Assembly: GCA_934149115.1 (NCBI GenBank)
Contig: CAKPDW010000001.1
Location: 1-52,413 of the forward strand
Source of the DNA: an uncultured Clostridia bacterium
Lineage (GTDB): Bacteria > Bacillota > Clostridia > TANB77 > CAG-508
Length of the DNA stretch: 52,413 nucleotides
Direction of reading: 5' to 3'
Both the position numbers and the translations under genes were made by a program. Within the stretch, counting starts at the first letter, position 1. Every line of letters begins with the position of its first letter. The notes beneath the pieces were generated by a model. It was not told where the DNA came from, made no database searches, and saw only the letters and a list, made by a program, of their open reading frames with translations. Below, piece after piece: positions 27,270 to 36,482 of this stretch.

Positions 27270-29024
27270 ATGAAAAAATTAAGTATAAAATTAATTATTT
27301 TTATTCTTGTAGTTTCGATTATATTTAGTTTTATTCAAATATTTTTTGTTAAATCAGAGGTTCAAGCTACTGGTCTTAGTAGTTCATATACACAATATAT
27401 AAAATCTGGAATTAGTGCTTTTCCAGAAAGTTATCAAGTTAAATTGGCATATTTGAAATATTTACATCCTAATTGGGATTTTAAAGCTTATTATACAGGT
27501 ATTGATTGGAATGAATTGACTTCAAGTTCTACTGAAAATAGATGTTTAGTTAATACAGCCTATAAATCTAGTACAGTTGATCCTAAAGTTTTATGTACAT
27601 GTGGAAGAAGTGGTGACCCAGGTTATTATTGTTCATCTGCTAAGATGGTAAATTATTATCTTGATCCAAGAAATTTTATGGGTGAGGCAATGGTGTTTCA
27701 ATTTTTGGAATTATCCAATGGTGATGGTGTTACTCGTGATGTTGTTGCTAGTGCTACAAATGGAACGTATTTAGCTCAATATGTTGATGATATTATGTCA
27801 GCTGCTTCTGAGGCTGGAATAAATCCTTTACATATTGTTGCAACTATTTTTCAAGAGTTAGGCCGTACTGGCACACCAAAAGCAATTTCTGGAACAGTTC
27901 CTGGTTATTATGGTTTATATAATTTTTATAATTATGGTGCTACTGATGGTAATGGAGCTGTTGAGAGAGGTTTAGAAATGGCAAAATCTTTGAGATGGAC
28001 TACACCAAGATATGCTTTGATTGATGGTGCAAAAAAAGTTTTGAAAAATGGTTATATTTCAGCTGGACAAACTACAAAATATTTTTATAAATTTGATGTT
28101 GTTGGTAATGAAATTTTAACTGAATCAATGGGACAGAGAACATATCCAATTAGTCAATTTTATACTCATCAGTATATGACTAATTTAAGAGATCCTGCAG
28201 GTCAAGCTGGTTCTTTGTATGATATATATTTGGATAGTGGAATTTTAGATGAACATTTGACTTTTTTAGTACCAGTTTATAATAATATGCCAGCTACACC
28301 GGTTCCTGTACCTACATCTTTGACTGCTAGTCAATCATCTTTGTATTATATAAATAGTATGAAAGAATGGGGAATTTCTTTTAGATCTTCACCAGGAGGA
28401 ACTCAAATAGGAAGCTTGTATAAAAATACTGTAGTGGAGTTATTAAGTAATCAGGGAACATGGAGTAAGGTGAGAATTGTTTCTGCTACAACTTATAATG
28501 CAAGTGCTAAAGCATGGAATTATAAATATCAGGAGGGATATGTGGCTACAGAATATTTATTAAGTGTTAATAGTACATTACCTGATTATAGAGGTCAAGT
28601 TGATATGGGTGCTGGAAGTAATCCATCTCCAGATGTTGACACAGCTGATTTTAAAGTTGATGGAGCTGATTTTATTATGACTCCAGCAACTAGTGTAAAA
28701 AATATAAAAGAAAAATATGCTGGTGCTATTATTAAAAAAGTAGATGGTACTGATATTTCAAATTCTAATGATTTCATTGGTACTGGCATGAGTATTACAA
28801 TAGATAATAAAACATATATTGCAGTTAAATTAGGGGATGTTAATGGAGATGGTTCTATAACTCCTTCAGATTATGTAAAAATAAAAAATAATATAATGGG
28901 TGTAACTAGTCTTACTGGTGCTTCACAAAAGTCTGCTGATGTTAATAAAGATGGGACAATTTCTCCAGCTGATTATGTGAAAATAAAAAATTATATTATG
29001 AATATTAGTAAAATAACGATTTAA
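27270..29024 (+). CDS. Secreted or anchored cell-wall hydrolase-like protein: glucosaminidase-like domain, SH3b domain and C-terminal type I dockerin
   Basis: N-terminal signal/TM helix; GINPLHIVATIFQELG region (LytD/GH73-like, moderate confidence); SH3b segment (GSLYKNTVVELLSNQGTWSKVRI...GYVATEYL). Two dockerin Ca-binding repeats, DVNGDGSITPSDYVKIKNNIMG and DVNKDGTISPADYVKIKNYIMN, lie at nt 28833-29021. Confidence 0.75.
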   Translation: MKKLSIKLIIFILVVSIIFSFIQIFFVKSEVQATGLSSSYTQYIKSGISAFPESYQVKLAYLKYLHPNWDFKAYYTGIDWNELTSSSTENRCLVNTAYKSSTVDPKVLCTCGRSGDPGYYCSSAKMVNYYLDPRNFMGEAMVFQFLELSNGDGVTRDVVASATNGTYLAQYVDDIMSAASEAGINPLHIVATIFQELGRTGTPKAISGTVPGYYGLYNFYNYGATDGNGAVERGLEMAKSLRWTTPRYALIDGAKKVLKNGYISAGQTTKYFYKFDVVGNEILTESMGQRTYPISQFYTHQYMTNLRDPAGQAGSLYDIYLDSGILDEHLTFLVPVYNNMPATPVPVPTSLTASQSSLYYINSMKEWGISFRSSPGGTQIGSLYKNTVVELLSNQGTWSKVRIVSATTYNASAKAWNYKYQEGYVATEYLLSVNSTLPDYRGQVDMGAGSNPSPDVDTADFKVDGADFIMTPATSVKNIKEKYAGAIIKKVDGTDISNSNDFIGTGMSITIDNKTYIAVKLGDVNGDGSITPSDYVKIKNNIMGVTSLTGASQKSADVNKDGTISPADYVKIKNYIMNISKITI

Positions 29025-29051
29025 AAAAATAAAAAACAGAGGAGAAAAGAA

Positions 29052-30494
29052 ATGAAAGATACTATTTGGAAAAAAATGATATTTGCATTATTTTTCGCAT
29101 TTGGATTGTTGTTATTAATGAGTGTGAAATCTAATGCTGCGACATTGAGTATTTCAACTACAAAATCTTCGGTAGCACCTGGAGAAACATTTACTGTAAC
29201 TGTAACTTTGAGTGGTGGAGCTGGAAAGGTAAGTTCTGGTGGAAGAACAGAGTGGTTAGATAATTCATCATTTTCATATACTCTTACAGCTGGAGCTAGT
29301 GGAAGTGTTTCAATTAGTGCTTCTGGAACAGTAGGGGATTATGCTACAGAGGGGGATCAACCTGTTTCTGCTAGCAAATCTGTAAGAATTATTCAAAGTT
29401 CTAATGGAGGAAACTCTGGAGGAAATACTAATGCAGGTGGTAATTCTGGAAACACTGGTGGAAATACAGGTAATTCTAATAATACTTCTGCACCTACACT
29501 TGCAACTTTTGGAACTTCTCCTTATGATTTTAAAGGGTTTAGTCCGAGTAAAACAAGTTATTCTGTTGCAGTTCCAGCAGATTGTACATCTATAAATGTT
29601 TACGCTACCTCTAAAAATGGAACTGTTTCAGGAACAGGTAGTAAAACTTTAAAAGATGGGTCAAATGTTTTTAAAGTAACTGTTTCTAATTCTGCTGGTT
29701 CAAAAACATATAGTGTTAATGTAATTAAAAAGAGTTCTGAAGATGGGGAAGAAGTTCCAAATGTTATTGAAGGTGAGGAAACTGAGGGACAAGAAAATGT
29801 TGCTGTGTTTGGACTTGCTTCTTTGGAAATAGAAGGGTATACTTTAGATAAAGAATTTAAAACAGATGTATATGAATATACTGTTATAGTTGATAAAAAA
29901 TTAACATTAGCTGAATTAGACCAAATTAAAGAAAAAATCAAAGCAGTGGCTAGTGATGAAAACTTAACTGTTGAGGCAGTTTCTAATGTTTCTGAAGATG
30001 GAGTTGCTACAATAACAATTGTTGTAAAAGATGCTGAAAAGGAGTATTCAAGATATGTTATAACTTTTAAAACAGAGAAGAAAGATACTAAGGTTGCAGG
30101 TATTGTAAAAAGTAATTATGATAATTTTATTGGTATGTTTGGTTTGACTGATGAACAACAAATTTATGCGATTCTTGGTGGAATTGGATTGATTACTTTG
30201 TTTGCGCTAACATTTGCGTTTACTAATTATTTAAAAAGTAGAAAATTGGCTGAATATAAAGAAACTGAATTACAGAAAGAAGATGCTAATTTTGATTTTG
30301 TTAAACAATATTATACAGAGGACGAAAGCAAAACTGTTAGTAATAATGATGAAAATATGGTTGCTGATAGAAGCACTGAAATTACGGAGGAACCAAGTAT
30401 TGCTGAAACAATTGAGGATGCAACTACTACATTGAGAAAAACTAGAGGATATAGAAGATTGGCTCGTGGAAGTAGATCTTATGGAAAACATTAA
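29052..30494 (+). CDS. Surface protein: signal peptide, small beta-sandwich module, Gly/Asn/Ser linker, two cadherin-like beta-sandwich domains, C-terminal TM anchor and cytoplasmic tail
   Basis: LATFGTSPYDFKGFSPSKTSYSVAVPADCTSINVYATS...KTYSVNVIKK and LASLEIEGYTLDKEFKTDVYEYTVIV...YVITFK fit the cadherin-like (PF12733-type) pattern. The TM helix is IYAILGGIGLITLFALTFAFTNYL. Confidence 0.7.
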   Translation: MKDTIWKKMIFALFFAFGLLLLMSVKSNAATLSISTTKSSVAPGETFTVTVTLSGGAGKVSSGGRTEWLDNSSFSYTLTAGASGSVSISASGTVGDYATEGDQPVSASKSVRIIQSSNGGNSGGNTNAGGNSGNTGGNTGNSNNTSAPTLATFGTSPYDFKGFSPSKTSYSVAVPADCTSINVYATSKNGTVSGTGSKTLKDGSNVFKVTVSNSAGSKTYSVNVIKKSSEDGEEVPNVIEGEETEGQENVAVFGLASLEIEGYTLDKEFKTDVYEYTVIVDKKLTLAELDQIKEKIKAVASDENLTVEAVSNVSEDGVATITIVVKDAEKEYSRYVITFKTEKKDTKVAGIVKSNYDNFIGMFGLTDEQQIYAILGGIGLITLFALTFAFTNYLKSRKLAEYKETELQKEDANFDFVKQYYTEDESKTVSNNDENMVADRSTEITEEPSIAETIEDATTTLRKTRGYRRLARGSRSYGKH

Positions 30495-30512
30495 TAAATA
30501 AATTAATAATTA

Positions 30513-30542
30513 AAAGGCAGAGATTATTCTTTGTCTTTTTTT
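30513..30542 (+). terminator. Intrinsic terminator
   Basis: AAAGGCAGAGA-TTAT-TCTTTGTCTTT (11 bp, including two G-U pairs) followed by a T-run. Confidence 0.7.
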
Positions 30543-30600
30543 ATATAATAGGAAAGTTCTCTGAACTTCTTATTATATAAATAACAATGCACAGAATGAG
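30541..30600 (+). repeat. Diverged partial copy (hairpin 1 module) of the 168-nt structured repeat
   Basis: TTATATAATAGGAAAGTTCTCTGAACTTCTTATTATATAAATAACAATGCACAGAA aligns with the first ~55 nt of the copies at 33138 and 39578. Changes at the stem apex are compensatory (GTCA/TGAC becomes GTTC/GAAC). Confidence 0.5.
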
Positions 30601-30709
30601 ATTAAGCTTTAGTGATATTTTTCTTGCAAATCGTATAATATACTTATATAATGAAGTTAATTTTTAGTATATACATGAAGGATTATATATTTTGAAGGGA
30701 TGTGGTAAA

Positions 30710-32659
30710 ATGCCAGATTATAAATACTTAGAGATGCTAAGCAAAAAGTATAAAAATATTGAAGAAGTTAGTCAAGAAATTATTAATCTTCAAGCTATTT
30801 TAAATTTACCAAAAGGAACTGAATTATTTTTGAGTGATATTCATGGAGAGTATGGTTCTTTTTCACATATTATAAAAAATGGTTCTGGAATTATAAGGGA
30901 TAAAATTGATAAGATTTATGCTAATTCGTTGCCTGAAAAAGAAAGAAAAACTTTAGCTACTTTGATTTATTATCCAGAGGAAAAGCTTGCATATATTAAA
31001 AAAGAAGTTGAGAATTTAGATGAGTGGTATAATATTATTTTATATCGTTTGATAAATGTGGCTAGGGAGGTAAGTTCAAAATATACTCGTTCTAAGGTTA
31101 GAAAGGCTATGCCAAAAGGATATGATTATATAATTGATGAACTTATGCATTCTGGTGGAGATGGTGAGGATAAAGAGAGATATTATAGACAGATTATTAA
31201 GTCAATTATTGGATTAGATAGAGCTGATGAATTTATTGTGGTAATTTCAAAATTAATAAGACGTATGGCAATTGACCATTTACATATAATTGGTGATATT
31301 TTTGATAGAGGTGCTTTTGCTAAAAATGTTATGGATGAATTAATGGAATTTCATAGTTTAGATATTCAATGGGGAAATCATGATATTTTATGGATGGGTG
31401 CTGCTTGTGGTAATTATGCTTGTATTGCTAATGTTATTCGTATTTGTGCTAGATATGATAATTTGAATACTCTTGAGAATGGGTATGGAATAAATATTAG
31501 ACCACTTTCTATGTTTGCTATGGAAAAATATAGAGATGATGATTGTGAGAAATTTTTGCCCAAAGTTTATGATTATAATAAATATATAGATACTGATAAA
31601 AAGATCCTTTCAAAAATTCAAAAGGCAATTGCGATTATTCAGTTTAAGGTTGAGGGGCAAATTATTAAGAGACATCCAGAATATGAAATGGAAAATAGAT
31701 TACTTTTAGATAAGATTGATTATGAAAATGGAAAAGTCAGAATAGGAAATAATGTTTATGATTTGAATGATAAGAATTTTCCTACTATTAATAGAAATAA
31801 TCCATATGAATTAACTGAAGAAGAAAGAGAATTGATGGAGAGATTAAGAGAATCTTTCTTGAATAGTGAAACATTAAAAAAGCATATAACGTTCTTATAT
31901 TCAAAAGGTTCTATGTACAAGGTTTTCAATTCTAATTTATTGTTCCATGGTTGTGTTCCAATGAATGAGGATGGAAGTTTTCTTGATGTTAATATAATGG
32001 GAGAAACACTTTCAGGAAAAGCATATTTTGACTTTTTAGATAAGATGGCTAGAAAGGCTTTTAATAAAAGAGAAGAAAATTTAAAGAATAATTATAGCGA
32101 TATTATGTGGTTTTTATGGTGTTCATATCAGTCTCCTTTGTTTGGAAAAGATAAGGCTGCAACATTTGAGAGGTATTTTGTAGATGATAAAGTTACTCAT
32201 AAGGAACATAAAAATCCTTATTATTCATTGGCAGAAAATAGCGAGATATGTGACAAAATTTTAAAAGAGTTCGGTATTTCTGATAATGATTCTCATATTA
32301 TTAATGGTCATGTACCTGTGAAAGAAACTAAGGGTGAAAGTCCTATTCGTGCTGATGGAAAATTATTAGTTATTGATGGTGGTTTTGCAAAGAGTTATAG
32401 GGCTCAAACAGGTAGAGCTGGATATGCTCTTAGTTATAATTCTCATGGTTTGTTATTATCTGCAAATGAACCTTTTGATTCTAAAGATGAAGCTATAAAA
32501 AATGAAATTGATATTAAATATGATATTATGGTAAATGAAAAGAAAACAAAAAGAAAATTGGTTGCAGATACTGATATTGGTCGAAAGCTAAATGAGGAGA
32601 TTGCAGATTTAAAGGATTTGATTGTTGCATATAAAGATGGAATTATAAAAGAAGGATAA
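30710..32659 (+). CDS. fbp: Fructose-1,6-bisphosphatase class 3
   Basis: About 650 aa with FLSDIHGEY, HIIGDIFDRG and WGNHD metallophosphoesterase motifs, as in Firmicutes Fbp (YydE type). ATG 30710 is preferred over the upstream TTG. Confidence 0.92.
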   Translation: MPDYKYLEMLSKKYKNIEEVSQEIINLQAILNLPKGTELFLSDIHGEYGSFSHIIKNGSGIIRDKIDKIYANSLPEKERKTLATLIYYPEEKLAYIKKEVENLDEWYNIILYRLINVAREVSSKYTRSKVRKAMPKGYDYIIDELMHSGGDGEDKERYYRQIIKSIIGLDRADEFIVVISKLIRRMAIDHLHIIGDIFDRGAFAKNVMDELMEFHSLDIQWGNHDILWMGAACGNYACIANVIRICARYDNLNTLENGYGINIRPLSMFAMEKYRDDDCEKFLPKVYDYNKYIDTDKKILSKIQKAIAIIQFKVEGQIIKRHPEYEMENRLLLDKIDYENGKVRIGNNVYDLNDKNFPTINRNNPYELTEEERELMERLRESFLNSETLKKHITFLYSKGSMYKVFNSNLLFHGCVPMNEDGSFLDVNIMGETLSGKAYFDFLDKMARKAFNKREENLKNNYSDIMWFLWCSYQSPLFGKDKAATFERYFVDDKVTHKEHKNPYYSLAENSEICDKILKEFGISDNDSHIINGHVPVKETKGESPIRADGKLLVIDGGFAKSYRAQTGRAGYALSYNSHGLLLSANEPFDSKDEAIKNEIDIKYDIMVNEKKTKRKLVADTDIGRKLNEEIADLKDLIVAYKDGIIKEG

Positions 32660-33137
32660 GGCGAGGGAATATTAGTATTGTAAAACAAAAAAATACTACT
32701 AGTAAAGGAGGAGGACTATTGTCCTCCTTTATTAGTAGTAGTTAATAATAAATTTTGTATTTATAGTTTCACTTTTATCTAATATTTTTATTTTGCTAAA
32801 CAAATGGGCAATTTTTGTTTATTAAAAGATTTAAAGCAAAATTATTGACTCCTTTCTTTGAATATTGTTAATATTTATATAAACGTATTTAAAATTCTAT
32901 TTACTATAAATACGAAATTATTAAATTTTTTAAAATTAATTTGGAAGATTGTATCTAGAACAAGATACAATTTTGGGGGAATAAATTACGTTAATAAATA
33001 TTAACTGATTTGAATTATACTATCTGTATCAACGTTTTGCAAGCTTTTTTCATCGACAAAATAATACAAAAAAACTCATTTACATAAAACTCACTACTTC
33101 CATTTTGTGTAAAATCTTGTTTCTTGCAAGATTGAGT

Positions 33138-33305
33138 TTTATATAATAGGAAAGTCATGCTGACTTTTCTATTATATAAAAAATTGCACAGAAAATTTAT
33201 AAAATAAATTTTCGCGCTCGAACAAATTTACTGAAAATTTCAATTTTATAGAAAAATATAAAGAGTAGAGTAAAGACTGAAAATTGAAAATTTTCAGATT
33301 TGTTC
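33138..33305 (+). repeat. 168-nt structured intergenic repeat, copy 1 (three consecutive hairpins)
   Basis: By hand alignment, 166 of 168 positions are identical to 39578-39745; the differences are at 33150 and 33215. It contains a 17-bp palindrome, a ~13-bp hairpin and a ~25-bp foldback. Confidence 0.9.
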
Positions 33306-33382
33306 AAATTATTAAATTTATTACATAATTATATTGAAAAAAAAAATCGTTTGATATATACTGACGGTGCGAAGGAGAGAAT

Positions 33383-34051
33383 ATGAACGAGAAAAAGAAT
33401 TTTATTTTAGCTGTACCAACTATTATTATAATTATTGTAGTGATTGCAGGAATTTCAACTATTTTTTATAATAGAAATTTTAAGAAAATGAATAAAGAAG
33501 ATGTTAAAACATTAGCTCAAAAAGTGGCGACAATTAATAATATTTCTTGTGAAATCATTACAGAAAGTAGTGAAGAAAATGTTTCTAAAACAATTTCTGA
33601 TTATAAATTAAATAATAATAAAATGATAAGTAATGTTGACAATTTTAAAGTATATGATAATAAAGATGAGAAAACTTTGATTCAAATTGATGATAATGAA
33701 AAACAGGTATATGTATATGGTGAATATAGTAGTGCTATTGATGATTTTGAGTCTATGCTATGTTCTGCTGAAAAATTGTTAGAAAGTGATGAGTACGAGT
33801 ATAATTTTAAGGATTATGAAACTGTTAATGGAATAAAATGTGTTGCTTTTTCTTTATCTAATGCAAATACTGTTTTTAATATTTGGTTGGACAAATCAAA
33901 TGGTATGATTGTTAAAATGGAATGTAATTATTCTTCTGAGGAAAGTCAAAGTATAAGTACAACATTATATTATAGATATCAATTGAATAATGTTACTGAT
34001 GAGGATGTACAAAAGCCTAATTTAGATGGTTATAATGTTAATCAATTATAG
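33383..34051 (+). CDS. Hypothetical membrane-anchored extracytoplasmic protein
   Basis: AAGGAGAG SD and N-terminal TM helix (ILAVPTIIIIIVVIAGISTIFY). The remainder looks beta-rich. No family recognised with confidence. Confidence 0.6.
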   Translation: MNEKKNFILAVPTIIIIIVVIAGISTIFYNRNFKKMNKEDVKTLAQKVATINNISCEIITESSEENVSKTISDYKLNNNKMISNVDNFKVYDNKDEKTLIQIDDNEKQVYVYGEYSSAIDDFESMLCSAEKLLESDEYEYNFKDYETVNGIKCVAFSLSNANTVFNIWLDKSNGMIVKMECNYSSEESQSISTTLYYRYQLNNVTDEDVQKPNLDGYNVNQL

Positions 34052-34110
34052 AAAAAAATTACTAAAGATAAAAAAGTTCGAAGATTTGGACTTTGAGAGG
34101 AGATGAGAAA

Positions 34111-34995
34111 ATGCTATATTCAAATTATTTGACTGAATTTTTGAATACAGTTGATGATCTACTATCAAGAATAAAAAAACTTGATAGTAAAAAGAAAATA
34201 TATAAAAAGAATTCTGATATTTTTGGAATGAATTATGATGTTCATTTTTCTATTTCTCCAGATTATTTTGTGAAGTTACGTTCTTTTTTGCAAGAATCAT
34301 TAGAAAATGGTTATTTTTATGATAAAAATATTGTGGATTTAAAAAGAGAATTTTCTAGAAATTTTGTAAGTGTTAGCTCTGGTATAGAGCGTGAATTACT
34401 TAGAATAGATGAGTATCAAGTCAAAGAAATGAACAGAATTGTAAAAGATGCAATATGTGATTCTGAAAAAGAAATTAATGAAAAAAATAAAGAAATGTAT
34501 GATGTTGAGAGTAATTTATTTGAAAAATTTATAGGAAAAAATAAATTCAGAAAATTAATGGTAGAGCAATATGAATTAAAGATAAAACTTATTGAGAAAA
34601 AACGTAATGAAATGAAATTAACAACTGAATCAATGATTGAGCTTGTGAATATGATGGAATCAACTGAATTAAAAACAGGTGAGTTATTGTGGTTAGAAGA
34701 AGAAATTATTAAGGCTTTTAAATTAGATAAAAATTTGATAAAAAGTGGTAGCAGTTCTCCATGGAGAGTGTGTAACATGATGCCTAGAGGAATTTTTGCT
34801 CAAAGGGAACAATATAAATTGTTGAATAAAAATGCTGTTATAGAAAACCAAAAGTTGAGAAATCAGTTGAATGAAACATATCGTATTTGTGAAGATGAAA
34901 ATTCATTTTCTATGAAAAGACTAATAAATATGAATGTTAAATTATCTAGAATTTTAAAAGAGAAAACTGAATTAGTTAAAAGGAATGAAATATAA
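34111..34995 (+). CDS. Hypothetical coiled-coil-rich protein
   Basis: ATG 34111 follows GAGAGGAG. The ORF is Lys/Glu/Asn-rich and helical. It overlaps the next gene by 1 nt (TAATG). Confidence 0.6.
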   Translation: MLYSNYLTEFLNTVDDLLSRIKKLDSKKKIYKKNSDIFGMNYDVHFSISPDYFVKLRSFLQESLENGYFYDKNIVDLKREFSRNFVSVSSGIERELLRIDEYQVKEMNRIVKDAICDSEKEINEKNKEMYDVESNLFEKFIGKNKFRKLMVEQYELKIKLIEKKRNEMKLTTESMIELVNMMESTELKTGELLWLEEEIIKAFKLDKNLIKSGSSSPWRVCNMMPRGIFAQREQYKLLNKNAVIENQKLRNQLNETYRICEDENSFSMKRLINMNVKLSRILKEKTELVKRNEI

Positions 34996-35495
34996 TGATT
35001 GAAACAATTAAAAAAATGTATGTGAAATATGAGGAAATTATTAAGTATTTGTTTTGGGGAGTAATGACTACTGTTGTAAATTTTGCAATGTTTTATTTTT
35101 TACTTACTTGTTTTGGAACAAGTAAAGGTTCATGGAATTTATTATTTAATGATTTCCAAGAATATAGAAATGTTATTGGTGAAATTGAAACATCTTATAT
35201 TCTAGGAAATGTTTGTAATGTGTCTGCTGTAATTGTTTCTATTTTATTTGCATATGTCACAAATAGAAATTTCGTTTTTAAAGATAAAGCTGTTGGAAAA
35301 GAAGCAATATTAAAAGAATTAGTTTCTTTTTTTGCATGTAGAATTTTTACTATGATTGTAGATTCTGCAATTTATTTTGTTGGTTGTAGTGTTTTGAAAA
35401 TAATGGCTTTTGTTGTTAAAATGTTTAGCCAAGTTGTAATAATAATTTTGAACTATGTTTTTAGTAAATTAATTGTTTTCAAAAAAAATAAATAA
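34995..35495 (+). CDS. GtrA family membrane protein
   Basis: Four TM helices, with YVTNRNFVFKDK and NYVFSKLIVFKK motifs typical of GtrA-like proteins. Confidence 0.75.
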   Translation: MIETIKKMYVKYEEIIKYLFWGVMTTVVNFAMFYFLLTCFGTSKGSWNLLFNDFQEYRNVIGEIETSYILGNVCNVSAVIVSILFAYVTNRNFVFKDKAVGKEAILKELVSFFACRIFTMIVDSAIYFVGCSVLKIMAFVVKMFSQVVIIILNYVFSKLIVFKKNK

Positions 35496-35733
35496 TTGTA
35501 TAAGTAATGATATGAGTTTGTCATTGATAATATATAAGAATAACAATTATGGAATTTTTAAAATATTATCAATGGCTCTTTTATGGTAATGAGCAGTTAT
35601 TTGAAATAGAAATATTTTAAAATTGATAAATTGATGAAATAATTGTTCTTTTGCAATTTCTTCTGGTGCTTGCAATTATTCAATTTTTTATATATAATAT
35701 ATTGGTAAAAATTAATATTGGAAAAGGAAAATT

Positions 35734-36468
35734 ATGAATTTTTTTGTGTCATCAGATCAGATTAAAGATAATCAGATTTATATAAAAGAATCAGATGTTA
35801 ATCATATAAAAAATGTATTGAGAAAGAAAATAGATGATGTTTTAGATGTTGTTTCTAATGGTATAAAATATAAAGCCAAAATTATCGAAATCAGTCAAGA
35901 CGTTGTTAGATGCGAGATTTTAAATGAGGAAGTCGAGCAGAATTCTAATGTAAAAATAACGATTTTTCAAGGGCTTGCAAAAGCTGATAAGATTGAGTAT
36001 ATTATTCAAAAATGTACAGAACTTGGAGTTTATGAAATTGTTCCTGTTGAGATGAAGCGTTGTGTAGTTAAATTAGATGAAAAAGATAAAACTAAGAAAT
36101 TGGCTAGATGGCAAAAGATTGCAGAAGTTGCGTCTAAACAATCTTTAAGAAATGATATATTAAAAATTGATAAAATAATGTCTTTTAAAGAAATGAAAGA
36201 CGAAATTTTAAAAAAATATGATCATGTTATAGTAGCATATGAGAAAGAAGAAAAACAAACTTTAAAAAATGTTTTGAAAAATATAAATAATAAAGAGATA
36301 GATATTGCTGTTATTATTGGACCAGAAGGTGGAATTGATGAAGATGAATATAATGAGCTAATTAATGCTGGAGTTTCATCAATTACTTTAGGAAAAAGAA
36401 TTTTAAGAACAGAAACTGCTCCTGTAGTAGTATCTGCTATTATTATGTATGAATTGGAGTTTGGGTGA
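35734..36468 (+). CDS. rsmE: 16S rRNA (uracil1498-N3)-methyltransferase
   Basis: PUA-like N-domain, IFQGLAKADKIEYIIQKCTELGV, and IGPEGGIDEDE...LGKRILRTETA motifs. Confidence 0.9.
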   Translation: MNFFVSSDQIKDNQIYIKESDVNHIKNVLRKKIDDVLDVVSNGIKYKAKIIEISQDVVRCEILNEEVEQNSNVKITIFQGLAKADKIEYIIQKCTELGVYEIVPVEMKRCVVKLDEKDKTKKLARWQKIAEVASKQSLRNDILKIDKIMSFKEMKDEILKKYDHVIVAYEKEEKQTLKNVLKNINNKEIDIAVIIGPEGGIDEDEYNELINAGVSSITLGKRILRTETAPVVVSAIIMYELEFG

Positions 36469-36482
36469 AAGGATATTTAGTT

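Noticed and set aside
29130-29400. Calling the N-terminal module of 29052..30494 a cohesin
   Set aside because: It begins like a cohesin strand (PGETFTVTVTL) but is only about 90 aa, against about 140 aa for cohesins. I cannot verify the fold by eye, so it is kept only as a hypothesis in the findings.
32660-33382. Possible CRISPR array or mobile element in the 720-bp AT-rich gap after fbp
   Set aside because: There are no regularly spaced short direct repeats. The only repeat is the 168-nt unit shared with 39578. No cas, transposase or integrase genes occur anywhere in the window.
35520-35575. Inverted repeat CATTGATAATA...TATTATCAATG in the gap before rsmE
   Set aside because: The arms are short (11 bp) and AT-rich with a long spacer. 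Such a match is easily produced by chance at this base composition, and I saw no second copy.
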